From NCBI RefSeq assembly GCF_006345805.1, contig NC_043006.1:74524001-74588000 (forward strand): a stretch of 64,000 nucleotides of DNA, written 5' to 3'. Positions within the stretch are counted from its first letter, which is position 1, and each line of letters opens with the position of its first letter. Both the position numbers and the translations under genes were made by a program. Origin of the DNA: Octopus sinensis (lineage: Eukaryota). This document shows, piece by piece, positions 1 through 12,339 of this stretch. The notes beneath the pieces were generated by a model, which worked only from the letters and a program-made list of their open reading frames with translations, ran no database searches and was not told the origin of the DNA.

Positions 1-117
1 AAACGTCCAGCAAAAATAGCAATATAATAAACCCTCGACATATCGTGGTTCACCTATCGCGGTTTATTATTTAAGTTTACGTCGATTCCTCTGTGGTGTT
101 TTGCTTTTATAAAAAAA

Positions 118-1885
118 CTAGCAGAGATACCCGGCGTTGCCCAGTTACATTCAATAGAAGAATTAGACTTTTCTGTTATATATATATATGGATACACACA
201 CAAATATATGTATATTAATATAAATACATGAAAGTACATGACGTTTGTTAAAAAAAGGGGATCATGTATATACCTCCTGGCTGTTGAGATTATAACACCT
301 CGTTGTAAACAATGTTCCTTGTTTTTCCTTGTGTAGCATATACAAAAAGGTTTCTTTTGGTTCCTACTCTTGAGCAGCCAACATACAGTTGCCTATGCGA
401 GAAGCAGGGCTCTTCCAAGAGAAGACCAGCTACAGAGAGGGTTTGATCCTGAGATTTGTTAATGGACATGGCAAAGGGGGAATTGCAGTCTTCTGAATGT
501 AAATGGAATTTCTGCTCCTGATGGAGTAAGAGGAAATCTTGGAATAAAGACGTCATCACCTTTTCCACATCCAGAAAGTATGATCGCCTCGATAACGTGT
601 AATATGATTTTCTTTATCACCAGTCGTGTTCCATTGCAAAGTCTTGGTGGTTCCAGATTGCGGAGTAGCATTACAGGAGTTCCAACTTTACGTGGTAATA
701 TGTGTGGAGGTAGTCCAGGATGGCTCCAGTGAATTGAGAAATTCAGGATGATAGTTCACAACTTCATTTATATCTGGAATTGTATCAACAGACTTATAAG
801 TGTGTATAGTGCCGGGAAGAGAATGCATTAGCTGTTGATTAATTTTGTTAACAGCGACGTTTTTTGGAGCTAATATTGCTCTTTCACACAGCCAATTGTG
901 ATTTTGGTAGTTTTGTGTGAGGTTGGGAAAGGCTTTGTTTTTGAGGTCATTTACAAAATTAACAACAGAGGAAAATGACCACACTTCCATTTGTCCTGCA
1001 GCATCGAGAGGCATCTTGCCTTCACCAAGTGTCAAAATGTCCTGTACAAACATTGTGGACATTTTGTCGCCGTGTAGCTGAGCTCTCAAGTTAGTGGTGA
1101 GACTAAAGATTGTAACATGATGCCACGGGGTAGAGGACTTTAGGCATGCTTGAACTTCATCAGCTCTAGTGCCTTTCGGAATGACAGGAAGAGTTTGCCT
1201 GAAATCACCTGACAACAGAAGCGTTACACCTCCCATTGGAGCCTGACAGTCTCGGATGTCTTTCAGGGCTCTATCTAATGCTTCCAAAGCTCCCTTGTGA
1301 GCCTTAGTGCACTCATCCCAGACAATTACATAACATATTTTAAGTACTTGTCCCTGATCTGAGCTTTTGTTGATGTTGCATGAAGGCATTTCGGATGCTG
1401 CTAAATTGAGAGGGAGTTTAAAAGTTGAGTGTGCTGTCCTGCCACCGGGTAACAAAGTAGCTGCAATGCCAGAGGAGGCTACAGCTACTGCAATGTACTG
1501 ATGCTACCTAACTTCTGCAAGGAGAAGCTTTATAATAAATGTTTTTCCTGTCCCTCCAGGAGCATCGAGTAAGAAGATTCGTCCCTCGCATTGGCGTACA
1601 CTGTTAAGAATAGTTCTGTAGGCCTGCAGCTGGTCCGGAAGTAATTTAGGCTCATTTTCAACAATGTACTTTGAAAGCGCTTGGGTGTCGTAGGTTGTTT
1701 CACGAATGACAGCAGTGGGAAGGCTATTTGACCCTGATCTGAATGTTTGTGGCAGGCCATACGTCGACAATTCATTTCCACCCAGTTTAGCAATTTTTTC
1801 TTCAATGTCAATGAGTGTTTTGTTATAGATTTCATTGCTGATACCCTCCACGTCAGGATAGAGCAGTTGAGCTTGGCGCTGAAGG
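118..1885 (-). mobile_element. Helitron, 5'-truncated, retaining the helicase region and the 3' terminus
   Basis: The minus strand ends ...GGGCAACGCCGGGTATCTCTGCTAG|T: a GC-rich hairpin, terminal CTAG (118-121) and a following T, the canonical Helitron 3' end. It lies downstream of a PIF1-like helicase. Confidence 0.9.
290..1885 (-). pseudogene. Helitron RepHel PIF1-family helicase domain, disrupted
   Basis: Motifs LLDAPGGTGKTF (Walker A), ASSGIAATLLPGGRTAHSTFKLP, VIVWDEC (Walker B), LLSGDFRQTLP, LLRNL..LCNGTRL, FAMSINKSQ and CFSH.QLYV.CSRV are spread over ORFs 1504-2154, 688-1455, 459-671 and 290-568. There is an in-frame TAG at 1504-1506 and two frameshifts (near 715 and 490-560). Confidence 0.93.
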
Positions 1886-2026
1886 GGACAATGTTTTTGA
1901 GATTCCGGTTCGAATGTAAGGCAGGTTTGAAAGTGTTCCCAACAGTTATTAGTTGTAGTGGTAGAGTGTTTATGCCGAATATGTACGTATGCATGTATAT
2001 ATATGTATGCATGCCTGTATATATGT

Positions 2027-2163
2027 ACAAAATCCACTGAGAAGGCTTTTGTTGGTCTGAAGCTACAGCAGAAGACACATGCCAAGTCACTACACAGTGG
2101 GACTGAACCCAGGACCATGTGTTTAGAACGTAGTTTATTACCACACAGCCACACCTGCCCCTA
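2027..2163 (-). mobile_element. Degenerate 5' half of a tRNA/CORE-type SINE (family B)
   Basis: Diverged match to the head of the full copies at 56157-56580 and 42106-42533 (acacagtgggactgaacccaggaccatgtg...ttaccacacagccac). Confidence 0.7.
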
Positions 2164-2966
2164 TGTATGTGTGTGTGTGTGCGTATGTGTGTATGGGTAG
2201 ATATATTATGCATGTATATATGTGTATATATATGTGTACATATTACATGTACATCTATATATATACATCTACACATAAAATACAAAATACAAAGTTATAT
2301 CTTGATATCGCTAGTGATAACAATACTCAAAATATATGACAGACTGGAATTGTAGGCCCGTCTCTTGCAATTTCGATCAATTGGATCTTGTCCTCCCTCT
2401 TGTATAGAAGTGTACGGCTGCAGCGAAATTCATTTTTGGACTTTCTTCTATCGAAGGCATTTTAACAAAAATGCTTCCGTAAAGACGGTGAAAATATTGT
2501 CAATTTCCCCTTCTCCGAAAGTTTACAATTTACAAGGTTACAGTTTACAATTATTTAACAAATGCAACACAACAACGTTTCCCTGACGAGGAACCAACAA
2601 ACGTGATTACAATAGTCAAACAGTAATAATAATAACAACAAACCTTTTTTAATTTATCCCCATTTATGTGAAGCCACTTATTCAAGTTCAAGTCATTGAT
2701 GCAATTTTATACGAATTGCTAATACACACACACACACACATAATAAGGGTGAAAAATTGAATATTAATTTGATTAATATGAATTGAAAACCAGTGGTGTA
2801 GCATATAAGACCATAGCGGATCTTCCTCTAGCAAAAAGGATGACCACTATTAATGGCTCATCCCTGTTATATAATACTTTCACATTAATAGTTTCACACT
2901 TGCAAAGAGAAAGTAGGAGAAAGTGTGGTGGTAATAGCAGGAGTAAACCACTTGAAATGAGAGAGG

Positions 2967-3060
2967 CCACGCAGTGTCCAAGGTGCCACGCAGTGGGACT
3001 GAACCTGGAACCATGTGGTTGATAAGCAAGCTACTTACCACACAGGTACTCCTGCGCCTA
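2967..3060 (-). mobile_element. SINE family B head fragment
   Basis: ccaaggtgccacgcagtgggactgaacctggaaccatgtgg...cctgcgcct is near-identical to the reverse complement of 56157-56240. Confidence 0.85.
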
Positions 3061-3290
3061 AATAAAAATAATGTGTGTGTGTGTGTGTGTATCTTCGTCT
3101 TCTTCCTCTACTACCACATGACTCCCGATATCTGTTTCGTTACGACTTCTTAATCTAACGCTTCGACATGAGGGAGCGATATAGTAAGTACATTTATACA
3201 TACACACACACATATATATACATATATACATGCATACATATATACATACATATATATATGTGTATGTATATATGTATGTATACCGACTCA

Positions 3291-3380
<90 letters not shown>

Positions 3381-3977
3381 TTACCATTCAGTTGAATTAG
3401 GTACTTTAATTCAGGCACCTTGTTAGGTCGGTGTAACATGCACTCCCAAATAATTTCAAGTGAATATAAAACTCGGCGCAGAAGTACCAGCACCTGATAT
3501 TCTTGCAGTGTATGCAGATAATACGACCTAGCTTAGCGAAGGGATCCGCTCTTGGCTGTTCAGACATGTACTTTATATGAAAATACTTTGTATAATAATC
3601 CGGAAGCACAGACTTCAGGAAAGGTGAATAAAAGCATAAATTAGTAACAAAGAGATACAAGTGTCAATTCATTACGACCGTTTCAAGCGATTCCTTTAAT
3701 TGATAATGAAAACATTACATCATTGCAAAGAAAACGATTTCGCCATATGACTGCATGAACTTCAAACATAGAGGACAATTCGACTGATTTAACATAGAAT
3801 TTATTTATATTATAATAAATTCCGATATAAATTGTATCTATATTCTTTTTACCAGGGTATTTTATACACTACATTTACGAAAAGTTTTATTATTTCTTTT
3901 ATATCTTAACGTATCTGTTATATTACGGAGATGTACTTTGCATAGCAAGTGACCTGATCTGAGATCGTGTGCTGGAA

Positions 3978-4285
3978 CGAAAACAATTGCAGTGTCGAAG
4001 GTGTTTATAAGCCATTTAAGAAACACACAAAAACCATTAGATTCACTTCAACATTTAAATTAAATTTGTCAAAATATTTTCGTCGCTTTGAGACCGCGAC
4101 CTGTTCAAATTCCGTGCTTGAAAAGGTCGCGGTCTCAAGCACGGAATTTTGTCAGTGAATAGGTCGCAGTCTCAAAGCGACGAAAATATTTTAACAAATT
4201 AAATTTAAATGTTGAAGTGAATCTAACGGATTTTGTGTGTTTCTTAAATGGCTTATAAACACCTTCCACGCTGCAATTGTTTTCG
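3978..4285. repeat. Fold-back inverted repeat (about 130-bp arms) with an inner hairpin, probably Penelope-derived
   Basis: 3978-4107 is the reverse complement of 4156-4285 with few mismatches. The spacer holds a second hairpin, aattccgtgcttga...tcaagcacggaatt. Each arm carries a hammerhead-like motif. Confidence 0.85.
4150..4196 (+). ncRNA. Minimal type I hammerhead-like motif, G3-Y8 core variant
   Basis: tgtca-GTGAATA-g-GTCGC(agtctcaaa)GCGAC-GAAA-atat-TT-taaca. The mirror copy (4067-4107, minus) has C at position 8 and a perfect tgaca 3' strand of stem I. Confidence 0.5.
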
Positions 4286-4917
4286 CATCTGTTATAATTT
4301 CTATATATAATTTTATCCTTCGTTTATATATTAAATATTATATTCATTGCTACAATATAATAAATATGCTAAAATGTAGTGAACACTTTTGCCTATTCTC
4401 TGAATGATTTCAACCACTATTTCCTAATATTCATTCCAGTAGGTCTTCCTCTTTTAACACGATAATCAAAATAAGTAGTATCAGCTCTTCCTATCTTTTC
4501 TTTTCTTCTACTTTTCACCGTTTCCCCATATCTCACGCCTTATTTGTAGATAAAGACGAATTTATTGTTCCATCACACATGATAGTTTAATAGGCCGACA
4601 TGATCTTAATCAATTTATCACCACTGACCAGAATACAATCACAACTCTCCTAAGACTTAATTCTAGACGGCTGGAGACAGTCCGCCCTCTTTTGTCTTGA
4701 AGTAGAGTTAAATGGGTCACTGATTTCAATTATTCCTTCCCCCTACTATAACCTCTATTATCCTCTAAATTCTATTTGATCTGATATGATATAAACTATT
4801 TGGTAAAGTCATTCTGCCAACTGAATAGCAGCAGAATCAATGTGTAAATTTTGGTTCTGTAGAATAGTGACTATGTTAAATCAGTCGAATTGTCGTTTAT
4901 ATCTATATGAAAGTATT

Positions 4918-5435
4918 TGAAACGTTAGCGCGCCGGGCGAAATGCTTAGCGGAATTTCGTCTGCCGTTACGTTGTGAGTTCAAATTCCGCCGAAGTTGAC
5001 TTTGCCTTTTATCCTTTAAAGGTGGCGAGCTGGCAGAAACGTTAGCACGCCGGGCGAAATGCGTAGCCGTATTTCGTCTGCTGTTACGTTCTGAGTTCAA
5101 ATTCCGCCGAGGTCCACTATGCCTTTCATCCTTTCGGGGTTGATTAAATAAGTACCAGTTATGAAGTGGGGTCGATATAATCGACTTAATCCGTCTGTGT
5201 GTCCTTGTTTGTCCTCTCTGTGTTTAGCTCCTTGTGGGTAGTAAAGAAATAGGTATTTCGTCTGCCGCTACGTTCTGAGTTCAAATTCCGCTGAGATCGA
5301 CTTTGCCTTTAATCCTTTCGGGGTCGATAAAAAAAGTACCAGTTACGCACTGGGATCGATATAATCGACTTAATCCGTTTGTCTATCCTTATTCGTCCCC
5401 TCTGTGTTTAGCCCCTTGTGGGTAGTAAAGAAATA
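4918..5435 (+). mobile_element. tRNA-derived SINE family A, multimeric (partial unit, headed unit, extra 184-bp unit)
   Basis: A-box-like ctggcagaaacgttagc and B-box gagttcaaattcc, central gactttgcctttcatcctttcggggtcgataa..agtaccagt. The unit repeats at 5070 and 5254. Flanked by aagtatt at 4911 and 5435. Confidence 0.88.
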
Positions 5436-6061
5436 AGTATTATTAAAATACCAACACGTGTGGCAAGCGAGCTATCAGCCGAACAAGCAAATAAATAAAA
5501 TATATACGTATTCTGTGGTGCAGAAGTATTTTTGACTTCTATTTTAGCGATGTAGGAGCTCATGTGGTGCCTTCGTGTATGTATATATATATATAGGTAC
5601 ATATGTTTTATGTATATTATATATATGTGTATGTGTGCATGTATATATATATGTGTGTGTGTGTGTTTGTATGTGCATGTATGTGTGCATGTGTGTGTGT
5701 ATTTGTGCATGTCGGGACGTATGTATATACACAATCATATACACGATATTCGTCTCAAAAAGATACTCTTCATTTGTAAACTACTTGCTGTGAGTCGTTC
5801 CATAGATAGAATCCGCCTTCAGTATAACATCTATTCATACTTTCAGAGTTTCTTCGAATATCAGTACTACTTCAATATACATGCTTGGCATTTTCAAGGA
5901 TGAATTCTGAGCAAGTGGCTTCGACTCTAATATCTTATAAGCTACGAAACGCGTTGATAATATATGACATACGAAACATAGTGCAACATATATCTAACAG
6001 CGTTTTCTCCTTCTACTTTTAATGTCTGCATATCGGAGGTATTTGAGTGAATGTGCACTTA

Positions 6062-6132
<71 letters not shown>

Positions 6133-6931
6133 ATGTAAATGTACAAAAACACATACAAACACGCATACAGAAAAGCATATATATATGTATATATTATATA
6201 CATATATACGTATATATACATAATATGTATACATATATATGTATAAATACATATATATATATGTGTATATATATACTTGCATAAATATATGTATATATCA
6301 TATACATATATACTTATATATACATAATATATATACATATATATGTATAAATATATATATATGTGTGTATATATACTTGCATAAATATATGTATATATAT
6401 ATGTATATAAATACACTCAAACACATACACACAGACACATATACATACAAACATACATACATACATTATATATATGAGTGCGTGTTTATGTGTGTATTAG
6501 TGTTTCAGGAAAGAAATTCATATGAAATATGTACCAAACAAGGTCTAATGTGCAGAAACTAGCTAGAAAGAGTATATCATCTATTCTATTCGGTAGTGTG
6601 TCATTCATAGTTATTTCGTTAATTAACCTCAAAGAGGATAGGAACTTTGTGAAACAACATATTCACCATTGTTTAGTGTATGATTTTCGAAAGGCAAGTA
6701 CAGCTAAGAATCAATGAAAAACATTTGTAAAGTGTATCGGTATTCAGTGAAAGTTCGTAAATGTCGGTGTGGATTGAAAAAGTTACTCCCCGGAGGGGCT
6801 TCAGTCGTTGAAAGCGGTAGTGATTACACTCTTGATTAAAACTATTCAGATAAACGTAACTTACATTCGTTTATATATCTTTTCTGGTAAAACGCAAATG
6901 CTTTCCCAACACCCTAATATATTATATCTAC

Positions 6932-7002
<71 letters not shown>

Positions 7003-7054
7003 AATGTATGTATATATATGAATGTATGTATGTATGTATGTATATATATGTATG

Positions 7055-7103
<49 letters not shown>

Positions 7104-7109
7104 TGTATG

Positions 7110-7141
<32 letters not shown>

Positions 7142-7142
7142 T

Positions 7143-7230
7143 ATATATACATGTATATATACATGTATATATACATGTATATATACATGTATATATACAT
7201 GTATATATACATGTATATATACATGTATAC
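7143..7230. repeat. 12-bp minisatellite (ATATACATGTAT)n within a TA/TATG microsatellite field (6933-7262)
   Basis: About 7 direct copies seen in the sequence. Confidence 0.85.
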
Positions 7231-7857
7231 ATATGTCTATATATATATGTGTGTGTGTGTACATTTACAAACAACTTGATATTTGGTAATAGAGAAGCTA
7301 TTTAATCAATCGTGTACCCCACCCCTAAATGGGGAGAGGCAAGGAAGACGAGAAGTTGGTGTCCATTACTTTTCTATCTAATCTGTAGTTACTGAACCGT
7401 TTTTGCTCATTATTCTTCGCGAACAGAACTGTCTTTTATTATGCAGAAGACCTGCACATTGTAGCAATATGAACGGTTATCCATTGCATACATTTAAAAT
7501 AAATTGAAATCGAATTTTCAAGATTTGAGCTGCATATGACTAAATCCTGTTAACAACACGGCGTTTCACTGTTTGACACCATTTATAATAAGTAAACGAT
7601 ACACATAATGTCAGACACATGATTATTTGAGATAACACATCTCGTATTTTAATATAACGTAAAGTGAAATTGAGGCGTGTGTTGGAATTAATAATGTTTT
7701 ACGTTGATACGACAACATACGCTGTTGTGTTTGTTTAATTTAAGACATAAGAATGATTAGATTCTGCTCTTTATTTACAAATGTATATCTCAATTAATAA
7801 CATCATTTTGCATCCTTAATATATATCTCTGATTGTTTCAAGCAGCGAAATAAAGGT

Positions 7858-7892
<35 letters not shown>

Positions 7893-8096
7893 GCACATAC
7901 ATATGTGTGAGTGTGTGTGTGTGTGTGTTTATAGGCATGTGCGTGATTGTGTAAGTATACCTCCCTACATATCTCTGTATTTATTTATCAATATATGTAC
8001 ATGTGTGAGTCTATGTCTGTGTGTAAGTTATGTGTGTATGTGTGATTTCCTGTGTACGTATATTTGTATGCCTATGTATATGTATATTCATGTATA

Positions 8097-8616
8097 CGTG
8101 GTCTGATCAATAAGTATCCGAGCTATTGCACTCAGTGTGAAGCGGCTTGCCAGATTGACCTTAAACTTTGCTGTGCTGGTGCATTAAATTTTAGCGTTCT
8201 AGCTGTGCTTGGAAGGAAGGTGTGTAGTGTGTGGTCGTCGCATTTACCATGACAGAGAAAGTTGAGCAGACAATCTGCATCAAATTTTGCCAAAAGCTTG
8301 GCAGTACTTGTTCACAAGCCTATGCAAAGTTTTCAAAAATTGTTCATTCTTCTCGGCACAATAAAGGATGTATTGTGCAACTGAAATCCGAGTTTTTATT
8401 TTTTTTGCATTTTTGACATAAACTTGGCAAATACGCGACTCTTGAACAAACCGTCAGTTATAATGGACTGAACTGAGCCGTCACTAATCTGCATATCCTT
8501 TGATAACTCACGGATGGTGACTCGACGATTTCCCCTCACAGCTGCATACACATCTGCAATGTTTTTGTTTCATTTCTGCTGGTTATGGTTCTCCCAGAAC
8601 GTTCGTCAATATCAAC
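8097..8616. mobile_element. Rearranged mariner relic: 5' end on +, next transposase segment inverted on -
   Basis: TA|cgtggtctgatcaataagtatccg TIR-like start and MTEKVEQTICIKFCQKLG from 8249 (+). 8411-8616 (-) reads VDIDERSGRTITSRNENKNIADVYAAVRGNRRVTIRELSKDMQISDGSVQSII..RVFAKF, i.e. the mariner RSGRP/HTH2/WVP-linker region. Confidence 0.8.
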
Positions 8617-9041
8617 ATAAATTTATAAATTTAACCTTTAAAGGTATTTTTTAATATGCTGACCATCTCGAGATGTGCCGAAGATTTTCTATTTTGGATA
8701 TATTTGGGGTACTTAGGTCTGCTCAAGACTTAGTGCTTGCCTTTTCCATGGGTATGAGTAAGTATTTCATTTATGTCTTACGTATTTATCGCTGAGGAGG
8801 GAAAAATTCTTATGAATTAACCCCGAAATTGGGATCAATACGGTAATAACGGATTTTTTAGAAATTTCTATCGGCTTGTTTCGAGACGCATAAATTATAA
8901 TGGTTATCGACAATTTTGTCTTTTTTTCGGCATATTTGGCATTAGAAATTTTCTTTTGCCGTTATTTTATAAGTTATTTATAAATTTAACCTTTAAAGGT
9001 ATTTTTTGATATTTTCGAAAAAAATTTTATCCTACATTAGT

Positions 9042-9042
<1 letters not shown>
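8617..9042 (+). mobile_element. Penelope-like terminal-repeat remnant containing a hammerhead
   Basis: A direct repeat tttataaatttaacctttaaaggtattttt occurs near 8622 and 8977. There is a hammerhead motif at 8786-8846 and an adjacent (TA)n tract. Confidence 0.5.
8786..8846 (+). ncRNA. Type I hammerhead ribozyme motif, complete three-stem form
   Basis: Stem I ttatcg/cggtaa, core CTGAGGA (8792-8798), stem II GGG...CCC with an inner aattc/gaatt hairpin, GAAA (8825-8828), stem III attg(ggat)caat. AUA triplet with predicted cleavage after 8840. Confidence 0.72.
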
Positions 9043-9093
<51 letters not shown>

Positions 9094-9096
<3 letters not shown>

Positions 9097-9260
9097 GACG
9101 GGCTTCAGTTTCTGTTTACCCAATCCCCTCTCAAAGATTTGGTCGGCCCGAGGCTATAGTAGAAAACACTTGCCCAATGTGCCATAAAGTGAGGTTGAAC
9201 CCGGAACGGAACCATGTGGTTGGGAAGAAAGCTTCTTACCACACACCCACGCCTGCGCGA
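9094..9260 (-). mobile_element. SINE family B, 5' half
   Basis: tacgacgggcttcagtttc...ggtcggcccgaggctatagtagaa..cacttgccca...ttaccacac matches the other family B copies. Confidence 0.85.
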
Positions 9261-9580
9261 TACACGTGATAACGAAAACACAAATTTCACAACTTGCGAA
9301 GCTTTGCATTCTGTTTTTTATTTTATGTATGTATATATGTGTGTTCGTGTATGCATGTATAGGATAAATATGCGTGTCCTATTGGTTAAGGCGTTAGACA
9401 CACAATCGTGATGTGAAATCTATCCACAGCAAATCAGAGACAACGTACCACTGACTACAATACTAATTTATAAATATATAGATATATAATTTCCAAACCC
9501 GTAACTCGGGTATGTGGATGTCCTAAACTACATAATCTATATATAGATACACACACACACACACACATATATATATATTA

Positions 9581-9613
<33 letters not shown>

Positions 9614-9618
9614 ATATA

Positions 9619-9652
<34 letters not shown>

Positions 9653-9756
9653 TATGTATGTATGTAATTAAATAATAAGGGTGCAAATAGATATTAACAA
9701 TTAAAACCATTGGCTTAGCATATTTAAAAAACCCGAAGATTAAAAATTGTGTTACA

Positions 9757-10105
9757 TACAAAATTGAGAGCAATGACCATTAAAGTGGATACCTAATATG
9801 CTAAACATAGACGTCAAATCGCCATTACCACTAAGAGCGTATTCTCAAGGAAAATCTCAGCAAAACGCCAAAATGGAAAAATGAGCAAGACAAATGAAAA
9901 TATACGAAATAAAAACCGATTACCTACGTACCACGTTTTCACTTGTTTTTTGTTTCGTATATTTCATTTGCCTTACTCATTTTTACAATTTTGGCGGTTT
10001 GCTGAGATTTTTCTTGAGAACACACTCTTCGTGATAATGGCGATTTGACGTCTATGTTTAGCATATCAGGTGTCCACTTTAGTGGTCATTCCTCTTAATT
10101 TTGTA
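9757..10105. repeat. Fold-back inverted repeat (about 160-bp arms, about 30-bp spacer) in a (TA)n context
   Basis: aatgaccattaaagtggatacctaatatgctaaacatagacgtcaaatcgccatta... pairs with ...taatggcgatttgacgtctatgtttagcatatcaggtgtccactttagtggtcatt. Confidence 0.85.
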
Positions 10106-10189
10106 TATTATATATATATATATATTGTATGTATGTATACATATTCACGGATACACAATTTCATATAACTGTATATTATATATATATAT

Positions 10190-10551
10190 GCCAGCTGCTA
10201 TGTTGTTGTTGTTTTTGTCTCATTTGGTCTAAAGTCGTATGACAACCACCGTTATATTATATTTTGTTTAACCGTTACCGTTTTCAATTTCGTTTTCGTC
10301 TCTCGTATTTACATCCGTCTCGTGCGTTCACATTCCTGTCTTCTACCAAGAAATCTAATGCTTACAGCTTAGTTTTTTTTTGTTTTTTTTTCTTGGGGCT
10401 GGCCGAGTTGGAGCAAATATCAGAATTGAACAGCCGAAATTTGCTATGATGATTCGGTGTCTGACTGAAGATTGAAGGCTTCGAATGATTTGTCTGTGTT
10501 CCGTGTTTGTCCCCTCCTGTATTTCACGTTCTTTATATATAAAATATTTAT

Positions 10552-10555
<4 letters not shown>
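10190..10555 (+). mobile_element. Unclassified, probably Penelope-like, repeat between (TA)n tracts; related to 59797-60360 (-)
   Basis: Shared order of motifs cttg.ggctg...ttggagcaa...cagccgaaatt...gactga.ga...cgaatga in both loci. Confidence 0.45.
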
Positions 10556-10591
<36 letters not shown>

Positions 10592-11602
10592 GACGCACAC
10601 AGATTCACACATGCATATAACATTTAGACATACTAACACCCGCATGTATGTGTATGTATGTATGTATGTTTGTATGTATGCAGGTAGCTGGGTAGGTAGA
10701 TAGGAAGAGAGGGATGGTGTTAAGTAGGTGTATATTACACGCCTACAGATTTGCTCTTAAAAAGTTTTTCATGCTGAGGTTGTCCGTCCAATATAGATTC
10801 CATTAAACTTTAACCCGTCTTTTCTTCTTCAAAAATATACGCATAAATACACAAATACAAAAATACATGCACACAGTTTCAAATTGATACACACATATAC
10901 ATACACACTAGTACATACACAAAGCTACAAGCAGAAATTCTTATACACAAACAACAATAAATACATACATATACAGACACCTACGCACTGTAAAAGAGTT
11001 AACCTTGTTGATAGTCATTTTTATAAATGAGAAATTAATCCTGAGAACTTTGTCAGATGGGCCATATCCGACTGAAATCTAATTCCAAATCCGCCATATT
11101 GCTGTAGCTTATTTTTTTGTTTGTTCTTGTCAGTTTTGCATCGAAAGCATTTATTAAAGTATGGTTTACTCATACTGTTAAAATGAACAAGTATCTCATT
11201 CATATTTTTATGCGTTTCCTTTAAAAATATACATACATACATCTATGTGTTTGTTTTTGTATTTATGTATCTATGTATGAAGCAATTTTTTTTCCTATTT
11301 TCTCTTTAAATTGGTCTATTTAATCAGTGCGTTCTTTCTGTTGTCACTAATGAAAAACTGCAAAATAATGAACAAAATACATTATATTTTAAATTCAATC
11401 AGAAAATTAACTTCTACCATAGATTGTTGAAATAATTACTTCCCTCAGTTATCGGTTATGACTTTGCTTTCTCCTTGACATAGGAGAGTTTGATTGAGTG
11501 GCTTTCGTGTCATGAAGAAGTATTACATAAATATGAAGGAACTGAAAACAAATATGTATGTATAATATATATATATGTACATATATATAATATATATATA
11601 TG

Positions 11603-11675
<73 letters not shown>

Positions 11676-11815
11676 TATATATATATGTCTCTGTGTGTGT
11701 GTGTGTATTGTGTGTGTGTGTGTATATATGTATGTTTTTGTGTGTATGTATTATATATTTGTGTGTATATATATGTATATATATATATGTATATAAATAT
11801 GTGTGTATGTTTGTT

Positions 11816-11886
<71 letters not shown>

Positions 11887-11954
11887 TATATATAAATATA
11901 TATATATAATATAAATATTTGTATAAATACACACACACATGCACAGATATATAT

Positions 11955-12160
11955 ATATGAAAGAAGGTTTGAAAATGCAATTTTAAAGACGTTTATTGAC
12001 TTGTTAAGTACTGGTTATCACAAAATGTTAACCAGTACTTAAGACAACAGAGCTTATACAAAGCTTTACATTTTACTTTTGACAATTTTTTCTAAAAAAA
12101 GGCAAACCGGTCAAGTCAATAAACATCTTTAAAATTGCATTTTCAATTCTTCTTTATATC
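11955..12160. repeat. Inverted repeat (about 50-bp arms) with an inner hairpin and a degenerate hammerhead-like motif
   Basis: ttgaaaatgcaattttaaagacgtttattgacttg pairs with caagtcaataaacatctttaaaattgcattttcaa. Inner ttaagtactggtta/taaccagtacttaa. Motif actt-TTGACAA...(c)AAACCGGTC-aagt at 12075-12116. Confidence 0.75.
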
Positions 12161-12339
12161 TTCTATATATTTCCATTCCTGCGGTACCTTAAAACTTTAC
12201 TTTGTTATATATAGATATACATATAAATACACACACACACACACACCACACACCACATCTATATTATATATATATATATATAGATATATATATATATATA
12301 TAAAAATATAATAACATACATACACATATATAGTTGAAA

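Noticed and set aside
6772-6825. TTGAAAA...GAAA possible U3-A8 hammerhead
   Set aside because: Stems I and II do not pair convincingly.
10463-10497. CTGAAGA...GAAT (and CTGAGGA...GAAT near 59900-59927, minus) as hammerheads
   Set aside because: GAAU instead of GAAA and weak stems; cannot be supported without a family consensus.
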